Source of the DNA: Eledone cirrhosa
Taxonomy: Eukaryota
Length of the DNA stretch: 64,000 nucleotides
Direction: 5' to 3'
NCBI GenBank assembly: GCA_964016885.1
Contig: OZ024759.1
Location: 5,766,001-5,830,000, forward strand
In this document: one piece after another, positions 38,201-52,500 of the stretch
Layout of the letters: each line of letters starts with the position of its first letter
Numbering within the stretch: position 1 is the first letter of the stretch
Notes under the pieces: model-generated
What the model was told of the DNA's origin: nothing
The model's database searches: none
Seen by the model: the letters and a program-made list of their open reading frames with translations, nothing else
Position numbers and translations under genes: made by a program

Positions 38201-41200
38201 TTAAGTTCATGGTATTAGCTGGCAGAAGTAACTCCACTGTTGGTGAGAATTCATTTAAGTTCATGGTATTAGCTGTCAGAAGTAACTCCACTGTTGGTGA
38301 GAATTCATTTAAGTTCATGGTATTAGCTGTCAGAAGTAACTCCACTGTTGGTGAGAATTCATTTAAGTTCATGGTATTAGCTGTCAGAGGTAACTCCAAT
38401 GTTGGTGAGAATTCATTTAAGTTCATGGTATTAGTTGTCAGAAGTAACTCCAATGTTGGTGAGAATTCATTTAAGTTCATGGTACTAGCTGTCAGAAGTA
38501 ACTCCACTGTTGGTGAGAATTCATTTAAGATCATGGTATTAGTTTGTCAGAAGTAACTCCACTGTTGGTGAGAATTCATTTAAGTCATGGTATTAGTTGT
38601 CAGAAGTAACTCCAATGTTGGTGAGAATTCATTTAAGTCATGGTACTAGCTGTCAGAAGTAACTCCAATGTTGGTGAGAATTCATTTAAGTTCATGGTAT
38701 TAGCTGTCAGAAGTAACTCCACTGTTGGTGAGAATTCATTTAAGTTCATGGTACTAGCTGTCAGAAGTAACTCCAATGTTGGTGAGAATTCATTTAAGTT
38801 CATGGTATTAGCTCTCAGAAGTAACTCCACTGTTGGTGAGAATTCATTTAAGTCATGGTACTAGCTGTCAGAAGTAACTCCAATGTTGGTGAGAATTCAT
38901 TTAAGTTCATGGTACTAGCTGTCAGAAGTAACTCCACTGTTGGTGAGAATTCATTTAAGTTCATGGTATTAGCTGTCAGAAGTAACTCCACTGTTGGTGA
39001 GAATTCATTTAAGTCATGGTATTAGCTGTCAGAAGTAACTCCATTGTTGGTGAGAATTCATTTAAGTCATGGTACTAGCTGTCAGAAGTAACTCCACTGT
39101 TGGTGAGAATTCATTTAAGTTCATGGTATTAGCTGTCAGAAGTAACTCCACTGTTGGTGAGAATTCATTTAAGTTCATGGTACTAGCTGTCAGAAGTAAC
39201 TCCACTGTTGATGAGAATTCATTTAAGTTCATGGTATTAGTTTGTCAGAAGTAACTCCACTGTTGGTGAGAATTCATTTAAGTCATGGTATTAGTTGTCA
39301 GAAGTAACTCCAATGTTGGTGAGAATTCATTTAAGTTCATGGTATTAGCTGTCAGAAGTAACTCCACTGTTGGTGAGAATTCATTTAAGTTCATGGTACT
39401 AGCTGTCAGAAGTAACTCCAATGTTGGTGAGAATTCATTTAAGTTCATGGTATTAGCTGTCAGAAGTAACTCCTCTGTTGGTGAGAATTCATTTAAGTCA
39501 TGGTATTAGCTGTCAGAAGTAACTCCAATGTTGGTGAGAATTCATTTAAGTTCATGGTATTAGCTGGCAGAAGTAACTCCACTGTTGGTGAGAATTCATT
39601 TAAGTTCATGGTATTAGCTGTCAGAAGTAACTCCACTGTTGGTGAGAATTCATTTAAGTTCATGGTATTAGTTGTCAGAAGTAACTCCACTGTTGGTGAG
39701 AATTCATTTAAGTCATGGTATTAGTTGTCAGAAGTAACTCCAATGTTGGTGAGAATTCATTTAAGTTCATGGTACTAGCTGTCAGAAGTAACTCCACTGT
39801 TGGTGAGAATTCATTTAAGTTCATGGTATTAGCTGTCAGAAGTAACTCCACTGTTGGTGGGAATTCATTTAAGTCATGGTATTAGCTGTCAGAAGTAACT
39901 CCATTGTTGGTGAGAATTCATTTAAGTCATGGTACTAGCTGTCAGAAGTAACTCCACTGTTGGTGAGAATTCATTTAAGTTCATGGTATTAGCTGTCAGA
40001 AGGAACTCCACTGTTGGTGAGAATTCATTTAAGTTCATGGTACTAGCTGTCAGAAGTAACTCCACTGTTGATGAGAATTCATTTAAGTTCATGGTATTAG
40101 TTTGTCAGAAGTAACTCCACTGTTGGTGAGAATTCATTTAAGTCATGGTATTAGTTGTCAGAAGTAACTCCAATGTTGGTGAGAATTCATTTAAGTTCAT
40201 GGTATTAGCTGTCAGAAGTAACTCCACTGTTGGTGAGAATTCATTTAAGTTCATGGTACTAGCTGTCAGAAGTAACTCCAATGTTGGTGAGAATTCATTT
40301 AAGTTCATGGTATTAGCTGTCAGAAGTAACTCCTCTGTTGGTGAGAATTCATTTAAGTCATGGTATTAGCTGTCAGAAGTAACTCCAATGTTGGTGAGAA
40401 TTCATTTAAGTTCATGGTATTAGCTGGCAGAAGTAACTCCACTGTTGGTGAGAATTCATTTAAGTTCATGGTATTAGCTGTCAGAAGTAACTCCACTGTT
40501 GGTGAGAATTCATTTAAATTCATGGTATTAGCTGTCAGAAGTAACTCCACTGTTGGTGAGAATTCATTTAAGTTCATGGTATTAGCTGTCAGAGGTAACT
40601 CCAATGTTGGTGAGAATTCATTTAAGTTCATGGTATTAGTTGTCAGAAGTAACTCCAATGTTGGTGAGAATTCATTTAAGTTCATGGTACTAGCTGTCAG
40701 AAGTAACTCCACTGTTGGTGAGAATTCATTTAAGATCATGGTATTAGTTTGTCAGAAGTAACTCCACTGTTGGTGAGAATTCATTTAAGTCATGGTATTA
40801 GTTGTCAGAAGTAACTCCAATGTTGGTGAGAATTCATTTAAGTCATGGTACTAGCTGTCAGAAGTAACTCCAATGTTGGTGAGAATTCATTTAAGTTCAT
40901 GGTATTAGCTGTCAGAAGTAACTCCACTGTTGGTGAGAATTCATTTAAGTTCATGGTACTAGCTGTCAGAAGTAACTCCAATGTTGGTGAGAATTCATTT
41001 AAGTTCATGGTATTAGCTCTCAGAAGTAACTCCACTGTTGGTGAGAATTCATTTAAGTCATGGTACTAGCTGTCAGAAGTAACTCCAATGTTGGTGAGAA
41101 TTCATTTAAGTTCATGGTACTAGCTGTCAGAAGTAACTCCACTGTTGGTGAGAATTCATTTAAGTTCATGGTATTAGCTGTCAGAAGTAACTCCACTGTT

Positions 41201-44200
41201 GGTGAGAATTCATTTAAGTCATGGTATTAGCTGTCAGAAGTAACTCCATTGTTGGTGAGAATTCATTTAAGTCATGGTACTAGCTGTCAGAAGTAACTCC
41301 ACTGTTGGTGAGAATTCATTTAAGTTCATGGTATTAGCTGTCAGAAGTAACTCCACTGTTGGTGAGAATTCATTTAAGTTCATGGTACTAGCTGTCAGAA
41401 GTAACTCCACTGTTGATGAGAATTCATTTAAGTTCATGGTATTAGTTTGTCAGAAGTAACTCCACTGTTGGTGAGAATTCATTTAAGTCATGGTATTAGT
41501 TGTCAGAAGTAACTCCAATGTTGGTGAGAATTCATTTAAGTTCATGGTATTAGCTGTCAGAAGTAACTCCACTGTTGGTGAGAATTCATTTAAGTTCATG
41601 GTACTAGCTGTCAGAAGTAACTCCAATGTTGGTGAGAATTCATTTAAGTTCATGGTATTAGCTGTCAGAAGTAACTCCTCTGTTGGTGAGAATTCATTTA
41701 AGTCATGGTATTAGCTGTCAGAAGTAACTCCAATGTTGGTGAGAATTCATTTAAGTTCATGGTATTAGCTGGCAGAAGTAACTCCACTGTTGGTGAGAAT
41801 TCATTTAAGTTCATGGTATTAGCTGTCAGAAGTAACTCCACTGTTGGTGAGAATTCATTTAAGTTCATGGTATTAGCTGTCAGAAGTAACTCCACTGTTG
41901 GTGAGAATTCATTTAAGTTCATGGTATTAGCTGTCAGAGGTAACTCCAATGTTGGTGAGAATTCATTTAAGTTCATGGTATTAGTTGTCAGAAGTAACTC
42001 CAATGTTGGTGAGAATTCATTTAAGTTCATGGTACTAGCTGTCAGAAGTAACTCCACTGTTGGTGAGAATTCATTTAAGATCATGGTATTAGTTTGTCAG
42101 AAGTAACTCCACTGTTGGTGAGAATTCATTTAAGTCATGGTATTAGTTGTCAGAAGTAACTCCAATGTTGGTGAGAATTCATTTAAGTCATGGTACTAGC
42201 TGTCAGAAGTAACTCCAATGTTGGTGAGAATTCATTTAAGTTCATGGTATTAGCTGTCAGAAGTAACTCCACTGTTGGTGAGAATTCATTTAAGTTCATG
42301 GTACTAGCTGTCAGAAGTAACTCCAATGTTGGTGAGAATTCATTTAAGTTCATGGTATTAGCTCTCAGAAGTAACTCCACTGTTGGTGAGAATTCATTTA
42401 AGTCATGGTATTAGCTGTCAGAAGTAACTCCACTGTTGGTGAGAATTCATTTAAGTTCATGGTATTAGTTTGTCAGAAGTAACTCCACTGTTGGTGAGAA
42501 TTCATTTAAATTCATGGTATTAGCTGTCAGAAGTAACTCCACTGTTGGTGAGAATTCATTTAAGTTCATGGTATTAGCTGTCAGAAGTAACTCCACTGTT
42601 GGTGAGAATTCATTTAAGTTCATGGTACTAGCTGTCAGAAGTAACTCCACTGTTGGTGAGAATTCATTTAAGTTCATGGTATTAGCTGTCAGAAGTAACT
42701 CCAATGTTGGTGAGAATTCATTTAAGTTCATGGTATTAGCTGTCAGATGTAACTCCACTGTTGGTGAGAATTCATTTAAGTTCATGGTATTAGCTGTCAG
42801 AAGTAACTCCACTGTTGGTGAGAATTCATTTAAGTTCATGGTATTAGTTTGTCAGAAGTAACTCCACTGTTGGTGAGAATTCATTTAAGTCATGGTATTA
42901 GTTGTCAGAAGTAACTCCAATGTTGGTGAGAATTCATTTAAGTTCATGGTACTAGCTGTCAGAAGTAACTCCACTGTTGGTGAGAATTCATTTAAGTTCA
43001 TGGTATTAGCTATCAGAAGTAACCCCACTGTTGGTGAGAATTCATTTAAGTCATGGTATTAGCTGTCAGAAGTAACTCCATTGTTGGTGAGAATTCATTT
43101 AAGTCATGGTACTAGCTGTCAGAAGTAACTCCACTGTTGATGAGAATTCATTTAAGTTCATGGTACTAGCTGTCAGAAGTAACTCCACTGTTGGTGAGAA
43201 TTCATTTAAGTTCATGGTACTAGCTGTCAGAAGTAACTCCACTGTTGGTGAGAATTCATTTAAGTTCATGGTACTAGCTGTCAGAAGTAACTCCACTGTT
43301 GGTGAGAATTCATTTAAGTTCATGGTACTAGCTGTCAGAAGTAACTCCAATGTTGGTGAGAATTCATTTAAGTTCATGGTATTAGCTGTCAGAAGTAACT
43401 CCACTGTTGGTGAGAATTCATTTAAGTTCATGGTACTAGCTGTCAGAAGTAACTCCACTGTTGGTGAGAATTCATTTAAGTTCATGGTATTAGCTGTCAG
43501 AAGTCACTCCAATGTTGGTGAGAATTCATTTAAGTTCATGGTACTAGCTGTCAGAAGTAACCCCAATGTTGGTGAGAATTCATTTAAGTTTATGGTATTA
43601 GCTGTCAGAAGTCACTCCAGTGTTGGTGAGAATTCATTTAAGTTCATGGTATTAGCTGTCAGAAGTAACTCCACTGTTGGTGAGAATTCATTTAAGTTCA
43701 TGGTATTAGCTGTCAGAAGTAACTCCACTGTTGGTGAGAATTCATTTAAGTTCATGGTATTAGCTGTCAGAAGTAACTCCACTGTTGGTGAGAATTCATT
43801 TAAGTTCATGGTATTAGCTGTCAGAAGGAACTCCAATGTTGGTGAGAATTCATTTAAGTCATGGTACTAGCTGTCAGAAGTAACTCCACTGTTGGTGAGA
43901 ATTCATTTAAGTTCATGGTATTAGCTGTCAGAAGTAACTCCACTGTTGGTGAGAATTCATTTAAGTTCATGGTACTAGCTGTCAGAAGTAACTCCACTGT
44001 TGGTGAGAATTCATTTAAGTCATGGTACTAGCTGTCAGAAGTAACTCCACTGTTGGTGAGAATTCATTTAAGTTCATGGTATTAGCTGTCAGAAGGAACG
44101 CCACTGTTGGTGAGAATTCATTTAAGTTCATGGTATTAGTTTGTCAGAAGTAACTCCACTGTTGGTGAGAATTCATTTAAGTTCATGGTATTAGCTGTCA

Positions 44201-47200
44201 GAAGTAACTCCACTGTTGGTGAGAATTCATTTAAGTTCATGGTACTAGCTGTCAGAAGTAACTCCACTGTTGGTGAGAATTCATTTAAGTTCATGGTATT
44301 AGCTGTCAGAAGTAACTCCACTGTTGGTGAGAATTCATTTAAGTTCATGGTATTAGCTGTCAGAAGTAACTCCATTGTTGGTGAGAATTCATTTAAGTCA
44401 TGGTACTAGCTGTCAGAAGTAACTCCACTCTTGGTGAGAATTCATTTAAGTTCATGGTATTAGCTGTCAGAAGGAACTCCACTGTTGGTGAGAATTCATT
44501 TAAGTTCATGGTACTAGCTGTCAGAAGTAACTCCACTGTTGGTGAGAATTCATTTAAGTTCATGGTATTAGTTTGTCAGAAGTAACTCCACTGTTGGTGA
44601 GAATTCATTTAAGTCATGGTATTAGTTGTCAGAAGTAACTCCAATGTTGGTGAGAATTCATTTAAGTCATGGTACTAGCTGTCAGAAGTAACTCCAATGT
44701 TGGTGAGAATTCATTTAAGTTCATGGTATTAGCTGTCAGAAGGAACACCACTGTTGGTGAGAATTCATTTAAGTTCATGGTATTAGCTGTCAGAAGTAAC
44801 TCCTCTGTTGGTGAGAATTCATTTAAGTCATGGTATTAGCTGTCAGAAGTAACTCCAATGTTGGTGAGAATTCATTTAAGTTCATGGTATTAGCTGGCAG
44901 AAGTAACTCCACTGTTGGTGAGAATTCATTTAAGTTCATGGTATTAGCTGTCAGAAGTAACTCCACTGTTGGTGAGAATTCATTTAAGTTCATGGTATTA
45001 GCTGTCAGAAGTAACTCCACTGTTGGTGAGAATTCATTTAAGTTCATGGTATTAGCTGTCAGAGGTAACTCCAATGTTGGTGAGAATTCATTTAAGTTCA
45101 TGGTATTAGTTGTCAGAAGTAACTCCAATGTTGGTGAGAATTCATTTAAGTTCATGGTACTAGCTGTCAGAAGTAACTCCACTGTTGGTGAGAATTCATT
45201 TAAGATCATGGTATTAGTTTGTCAGAAGTAACTCCACTGTTGGTGAGAATTCATTTAAGTCATGGTATTAGTTGTCAGAAGTAACTCCAATGTTGGTGAG
45301 AATTCATTTAAGTCATGGTACTAGCTGTCAGAAGTAACTCCAATGTTGGTGAGAATTCATTTAAGTTCATGGTATTAGCTGTCAGAAGTAACTCCACTGT
45401 TGGTGAGAATTCATTTAAGTTCATGGTACTAGCTGTCAGAAGTAACTCCAATGTTGGTGAGAATTCATTTAAGTTCATGGTATTAGCTCTCAGAAGTAAC
45501 TCCACTGTTGGTGAGAATTCATTTAAGTCATGGTATTAGCTGTCAGAAGTAACTCCACTGTTGGTGAGAATTCATTTAAGTTCATGGTATTAGTTTGTCA
45601 GAAGTAACTCCACTGTTGGTGAGAATTCATTTAAATTCATGGTATTAGCTGTCAGAAGTAACTCCACTGTTGGTGAGAATTCATTTAAGTTCATGGTATT
45701 AGCTGTCAGAAGTAACTCCACTGTTGGTGAGAATTCATTTAAGTTCATGGTACTAGCTGTCAGAAGTAACTCCACTGTTGGTGAGAATTCATTTAAGTTC
45801 ATGGTATTAGCTGTCAGAAGTAACTCCAATGTTGGTGAGAATTCATTTAAGTTCATGGTATTAGCTGTCAGATGTAACTCCACTGTTGGTGAGAATTCAT
45901 TTAAGTTCATGGTATTAGCTGTCAGAAGTAACTCCACTGTTGGTGAGAATTCATTTAAGTTCATGGTATTAGTTTGTCAGAAGTAACTCCACTGTTGGTG
46001 AGAATTCATTTAAGTCATGGTATTAGTTGTCAGAAGTAACTCCAATGTTGGTGAGAATTCATTTAAGTTCATGGTACTAGCTGTCAGAAGTAACTCCACT
46101 GTTGGTGAGAATTCATTTAAGTTCATGGTATTAGCTATCAGAAGTAACCCCACTGTTGGTGAGAATTCATTTAAGTCATGGTATTAGCTGTCAGAAGTAA
46201 CTCCATTGTTGGTGAGAATTCATTTAAGTCATGGTACTAGCTGTCAGAAGTAACTCCACTGTTGATGAGAATTCATTTAAGTTCATGGTACTAGCTGTCA
46301 GAAGTAACTCCACTGTTGGTGAGAATTCATTTAAGTTCATGGTACTAGCTGTCAGAAGTAACTCCACTGTTGGTGAGAATTCATTTAAGTTCATGGTACT
46401 AGCTGTCAGAAGTAACTCCACTGTTGGTGAGAATTCATTTAAGTTCATGGTACTAGCTGTCAGAAGTAACTCCAATGTTGGTGAGAATTCATTTAAGTTC
46501 ATGGTATTAGCTGTCAGAAGTAACTCCACTGTTGGTGAGAATTCATTTAAGTTCATGGTACTAGCTGTCAGAAGTAACTCCACTGTTGGTGAGAATTCAT
46601 TTAAGTTCATGGTATTAGCTGTCAGAAGTCACTCCAATGTTGGTGAGAATTCATTTAAGTTCATGGTACTAGCTGTCAGAAGTAACCCCAATGTTGGTGA
46701 GAATTCATTTAAGTTTATGGTATTAGCTGTCAGAAGTCACTCCAGTGTTGGTGAGAATTCATTTAAGTTCATGGTATTAGCTGTCAGAAGTAACTCCACT
46801 GTTGGTGAGAATTCATTTAAGTTCATGGTATTAGCTGTCAGAAGTAACTCCACTGTTGGTGAGAATTCATTTAAGTTCATGGTATTAGCTGTCAGAAGTA
46901 ACTCCACTGTTGGTGAGAATTCATTTAAGTTCATGGTATTAGCTGTCAGAAGGAACTCCAATGTTGGTGAGAATTCATTTAAGTCATGGTACTAGCTGTC
47001 AGAAGTAACTCCACTGTTGGTGAGAATTCATTTAAGTTCATGGTATTAGCTGTCAGAAGTAACTCCACTGTTGGTGAGAATTCATTTAAGTTCATGGTAC
47101 TAGCTGTCAGAAGTAACTCCACTGTTGGTGAGAATTCATTTAAGTCATGGTACTAGCTGTCAGAAGTAACTCCACTGTTGGTGAGAATTCATTTAAGTTC

Positions 47201-47250
47201 ATGGTATTAGCTGTCAGAAGGAACGCCACTGTTGGTGAGAATTCATTTAA
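37450..47250. repeat. Nested duplications with offsets 1345, 2205 and 3125 bp
   Basis: Private AAGATCATG variant at 38530, 40735, 42080 and 45205, each accompanied by GCTGGCAG, AGAGGTAAC and GCTCTCAG. ORF pairs 42514/45639 and 43106/46231 (3125). Confidence 0.92.
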
Positions 47251-49569
47251 GTTCATGGTACTAGCTGTCAGAAGTAACTCCAATGTTGGTGAGAATTCAT
47301 TTATGTTCATGGTATTAGCTCTCAGAAGTAACTCCACTGTTGGTGAGAATTCATTTAAGTCATGGTATTAGCTGTCAGAAGTAACTCCACTGTTGGTGAG
47401 AATTCATTTAAGTTCATGGTATTAGTTTGTCAGAAGTAACTCCACTGTTGGTGAGAATTCATTTAAATTCATGGTATTAGCTGTCAGAAGTAACTCCACT
47501 GTTGGTGAGAATTCATTTAAGTTCATGGTATTAGCTGTCAGAAGTAACTCCACTGTTGGTGAGAATTCATTTAAGTTCATGGTACTAGCTGTCAGAAGTA
47601 ACTCCACTGTTGGTGAGAATTCATTTAAGTTCATGGTATTAGCTGTCAGAAGTAACTCCACTGTTGGTGAGAATTCATTTAAGTTCATGGTATTAGCTGT
47701 CAGAAGTAGCTCCATTGTTGGTGAGAATTCATTTAAGTCATGGTACTAGCTGTCAGAAGTAACTCCACTCTTGGTGAGAATTCATTTAAGTTCATGGTAT
47801 TAGCTGTCAGAAGGAACTCCACTGTTGGTGAGAATTCATTTAAGTTCATGGTACTAGCTGTCAGAAGTAACTCCACTGTTGGTGAGAATTCATTTAAGTT
47901 CATGGTATTAGTTTGTCAGAAGTAACTCCACTGTTGGTGAGAATTCATTTAAGTCATGGTATTAGTTGTCAGAAGTAACTCCAATGTTGGTGAGAATTCA
48001 TTTAAGTCATGGTACTAGCTGTCAGAAGTAACTCCAATGTTGGTGAGAATTCATTTAAGTTCATGGTATTAGCTGTCAGAAGGAACACCACTGTTGGTGA
48101 GAATTCATTTAAGTTCATGGTATTAGTTGTCAGAAGTAACTCCACTGTTGGTGAGAATTCATTTAAGTCATGGTACTAGCTGTCAGAAGTAACTCCACTG
48201 TTGGTGAGAATTCATTTAAGTTCATGGTATTAGCTGTCAGAAGTAACTCCACTGTTGGTGAGAATTCATTTAAGTCATGGTATTAGCTGTCAGAAGTAAC
48301 TCCAATGTGGGTGAGAATTCATTTAAGTTCATGGTATTAGCTGTCAGAAGTAACTCCACTGTTGGTGAGAATTCATTTAAGTTCATGGTATTAGCTGTCA
48401 GAAGTAACTCCACTGTTGGTGAGAATTCATTTAAGTTCATGGTATTAGCTGTCAGAAGTAACTCCACTGTTGGTGAGAATTCATTTAAGTTCATGGTACT
48501 AGCTGTCAGAAGTAACTCCACTGTTGGTGAGAATTCATTTAAGTTCATGGTATTAGTTTGTCAGAAGGAACTCCACTGTTGGTGAGAATTCATTTAAGTC
48601 ATGGTATTAGTTGTCAGAAGTAACTCCAATGTTGGTGAGAATTCATTTAAGTTCATGGTACTAGCTGTCAGAAGTAACTCCACTATTGGTGAGAATTCAT
48701 TTAAGTTCATGGTATTAGCTGTCAGAAGTAACTCCACTGTTGGTGAGAATTCATTTAAGTCATGGTATTAGCTGTCAGAAGTAACTCCATTGTTGGTGAG
48801 AATTCATTTAAGTCATGGTACTAGCTGTCAGAAGTAACTCCACTGTTGGTGAGAATTCATTTAAGTTCATGGTACTAGCTGTCAGAAGTAACTCCACTGT
48901 TGGTGAGAATTCATTTAAGTTCATGGTACTAGCTGTCAGAAGTAACTCCACTGTTGGTGAGAATTCATTTAAGTTCATGGTACTAGCTGTCAGAAGTAAC
49001 TCCACTGTTGGTGAGAATTCATTTAAGTTCATGGTACTAGCTGTCAGAAGTAACTCCACTGTTGGTGAGAATTCATTTAAGTTCATGGTATTAGCTGTCA
49101 GAAGTAACTCCACTGTTGGTGAGAATTCATTTAAGTTCATGGTACTAGCTGTCAGAAGTAACTCCACTGTTGCTGAGAATTCATTTAAGTTCATGGTATT
49201 ATCTGTCAGAAGTCACTCCAATGTTGGTGAGAATTCATTTAAGTTTATGGTATTAGCTGTCAGAAGTCACTCCACTGTTGGTGAGAATTCATTTAAGTTC
49301 ATGGTACTAGCTGTCAGAAGTAACCCCAATGTTGGTGAGAATTCATTTAAGTTCATGGTATTAGCTGTCAGAAGTCACTCCAATGTTGGTGAGAATTCAT
49401 TTAAGTTCATGGTATTAGCTGTCAGAAGTAACTCCACTGTTGGTGAGAATTCATTTAAGTTCATGGTATTAGCTGTCAGATGTGACTCCACTGTTGGTGA
49501 GAATTCATTTAAGTTCATGGTATTAGCTGTCAGAAGTAACTCCACTGTTGGTGAGAATTCATCTAAGTT

Positions 49570-52500
49570 CATGGTATTAGCTGTCAGAAGGAACTCCAAT
49601 GTTGGTGAGAATTCATTTAAGTCATGGTACTAGCTGTCAGAAGTAACTCCACTGTTGGTGAGAATTCATTTAAGTTCATGGTATTAGCTGTCAGAAGGAA
49701 CGCCACTGTTGGTGAGAATTCATTTAAGTTCATGGTATTAGCTGTCAGAAGTAACTCCACTGTTGGTGAGAATTCATTTAAGTTCATGGTACTAGCTGTG
49801 AGAAGTAACTCCAATGTTGGTGAGAATTCATTTAAGTTCATGGTATTAGCTGTCAGAAGGAACTCCACTGTTGGTGAGAATTCATTTAAGTTCATGGTAT
49901 TAGCTGTCAGAAGTAACTCCACTGTTGGTGAGAATTCATTTAAGTTCATGGTACTAGTTGTCAGAAGTAACTCCACTGTTGGTGAGAATTCATTTAAGTT
50001 CATGGTATTAGTTGTCAGAAGTAACTCCAATGTTGGTGAGAATTCATTTAAGTTCATGGTATTAGCTGTCAGAAGGAACTCCACTGTTGGTGAGAATTCA
50101 TTTAAGTTCATGGTACTAGCTGTCAGAAGTACCTCCACTGTTGGTGAGAATTCATTTAAGTTCATGGTATTAGTTTGTCAGAAGTAACTCCACTGTTGGT
50201 GAGAATTCATTTAAGTCATGGTATTAGTTGTCAGAAGTAACTCCAATGTTGGTGAGAATTCATTTAAGTCATGGTACTAGCTGTCAGAAGTAACTCCAAT
50301 GTTGGTGAGAATTCATTTAAGTTCATGGTATTAGCTGTCAGAAGGAACTCCACTGTTGGTGAGAATTCATTTAAGTTCATGGTATTAGCTGTCAGAAGTA
50401 ACTCCACTGTTGGTGAGAATTCATTTAAGTTCATGGTACTAGCTGTCAGAAGTAACTCCAATGTTGGTGAGAATTCATTTAAGTCATGGTACTAGCTGTC
50501 AGAAGTAACTCCACTGTTGGTGAGAATTCATTTAAGTTCATGGTATTAACTGTCAGAAGGAACGCCACTGTTGGTGAGAATTCATTTAAGTTCATGGTAT
50601 TAGCTGTCAGAAGTAACTCCACTGTTGGTGAGAATTCATTTAAGTTCATGGTACTAGCTGTGAGAAGTAACTCCAATGTTGGTGAGAATTCATTTAAGTT
50701 CATGGTATTAGCTGTCAGAAGGAACTCCACTGTTGGTGAGAATTCATTTAAGTTCATGGTATTAGCTGTCAGAAGTAACTCCACTGTTGGTGAGAATTCA
50801 TTTAAGTTCATGGTACTAGTTGTCAGAAGTAACTCCACTGTTGGTGAGAATTCATTTAAGTTCATGGTATTAGTTGTCAGAAGTAACTCCACTGTTGGTG
50901 AGAATTCATTTAAGTCATGGTATTAGTTGTCAGAAGTAACTCCAATGTTGGTGAGAATTCATTTAAGTTCATTGTATTAGCTGTCAGAAGTAACTCCACT
51001 GTTGGTGAGAATTCATTTAAGTTCATGGTATTAGCTGTCAGAAGTAACTCCACTGTTGGTGAGAATTCATTTAAGTCATGGTATTAGCTGTCAGAAGTAA
51101 CTCCATTGTTGGTGAGAATTCATTTAAGTCATGGTACTAGCTGTCAGAAGTAACTCCACTGTTGGTGAGAATTCATTTAAGTTCATGGTATTAGCTGTCA
51201 GAAGGAACTCCACTGTTGGTGAGAATTCATTTAAGTTCATGGTATTAGCTGTCAGAAGTCACTCCACTGTTGGTGAGAATTCATTTAAGTTCATGGTATT
51301 AGCTGTCAGAAGTAACTCCACTGTTGGTGAGAATTCATTTAAGTTCATGGTATTAGCTGTCAGATGTAACTCCACTGTTGGTGAGAATTCATTTAAGTTC
51401 ATGGTATTAGCTGTCAGAAGTAACTCCACTGTTGGTGAGAATTCATTTAAGTTCATGGTATTAGCTGTCAGAAGGAACTCCAATGTTGGTGAGAATTCAT
51501 TTAAGTCATGGTACTAGCTGTCAGAAGTAACTCCACTGTTGGTGAGAATTCATTTAAGTTCATGGTATTAGCTGTCAGAAGGAACGCCACTGTTGGTGAG
51601 AATTCATTTAAGTTCATGGTATTAGCTGTCAGAAGTAACTCCACTGTTGGTGAGAATTCATTTAAGTTCATGGTACTAGCTGTGAGAAGTAACTCCAATG
51701 TTGGTGAGAATTCATTTAAGTTCATGGTATTAGCTGTCAGAAGGAACTCCACTGTTGGTGAGAATTCATTTAAGTTCATGGTATTAGCTGTCAGAAGTAA
51801 CTCCACTTTTGGTGAGAATTCATTTAAGTTCATGGTACTAGTTGTCAGAAGTAACTCCACTGTTGGTGAGAATTCATTTAAGTTCATGGTATTAGTTGTC
51901 AGAAGTAACTCCACTGTTGGTGAGAATTCATTTAAGTCATGGTATTAGTTGTCAGAAGTAACTCCAATGTTGGTGAGAATTCATTTAAGTTCATGGTACT
52001 AGCTGTCAGAAGTAACTCCACAGTTGGTGAGAATTCATTTAAGTTCATGATATTAGCTGTCAGAAGTAACTCCACTGTTGGTGAGAATTCATTTAAGTCA
52101 TGGTATTAGCTGTCAGAAGTAACTCCATTGTTGGTGAGAATTCATTTAAGTCATGGTACTAGCTGTCAGAAGTAACTCCACTGTTGGTGAGAATTCATTT
52201 AAGTTCATGGTATTAGCTGTCAGAAGGAACTCCACTGTTGGTGAGAATTCATTTAAGTTCATGGTACTAGCTGTCAGAAGTACCTCCACTGTTGGTGAGA
52301 ATTCATTTAAGTTCATGGTATTAGTTTGTCAGAAGTAACTCCACTGTTGGTGAGAATTCATTTAAGTCATGGTATTAGTTGTCAGAAGTAACTCCAATGT
52401 TGGTGAGAATTCATTTAAGTCATGGTACTAGCTGTCAGAAGTAACTCCAATGTTGGTGAGAATTCATTTAAGTTCATGGTATTAGCTGTCAGAAGGAACT

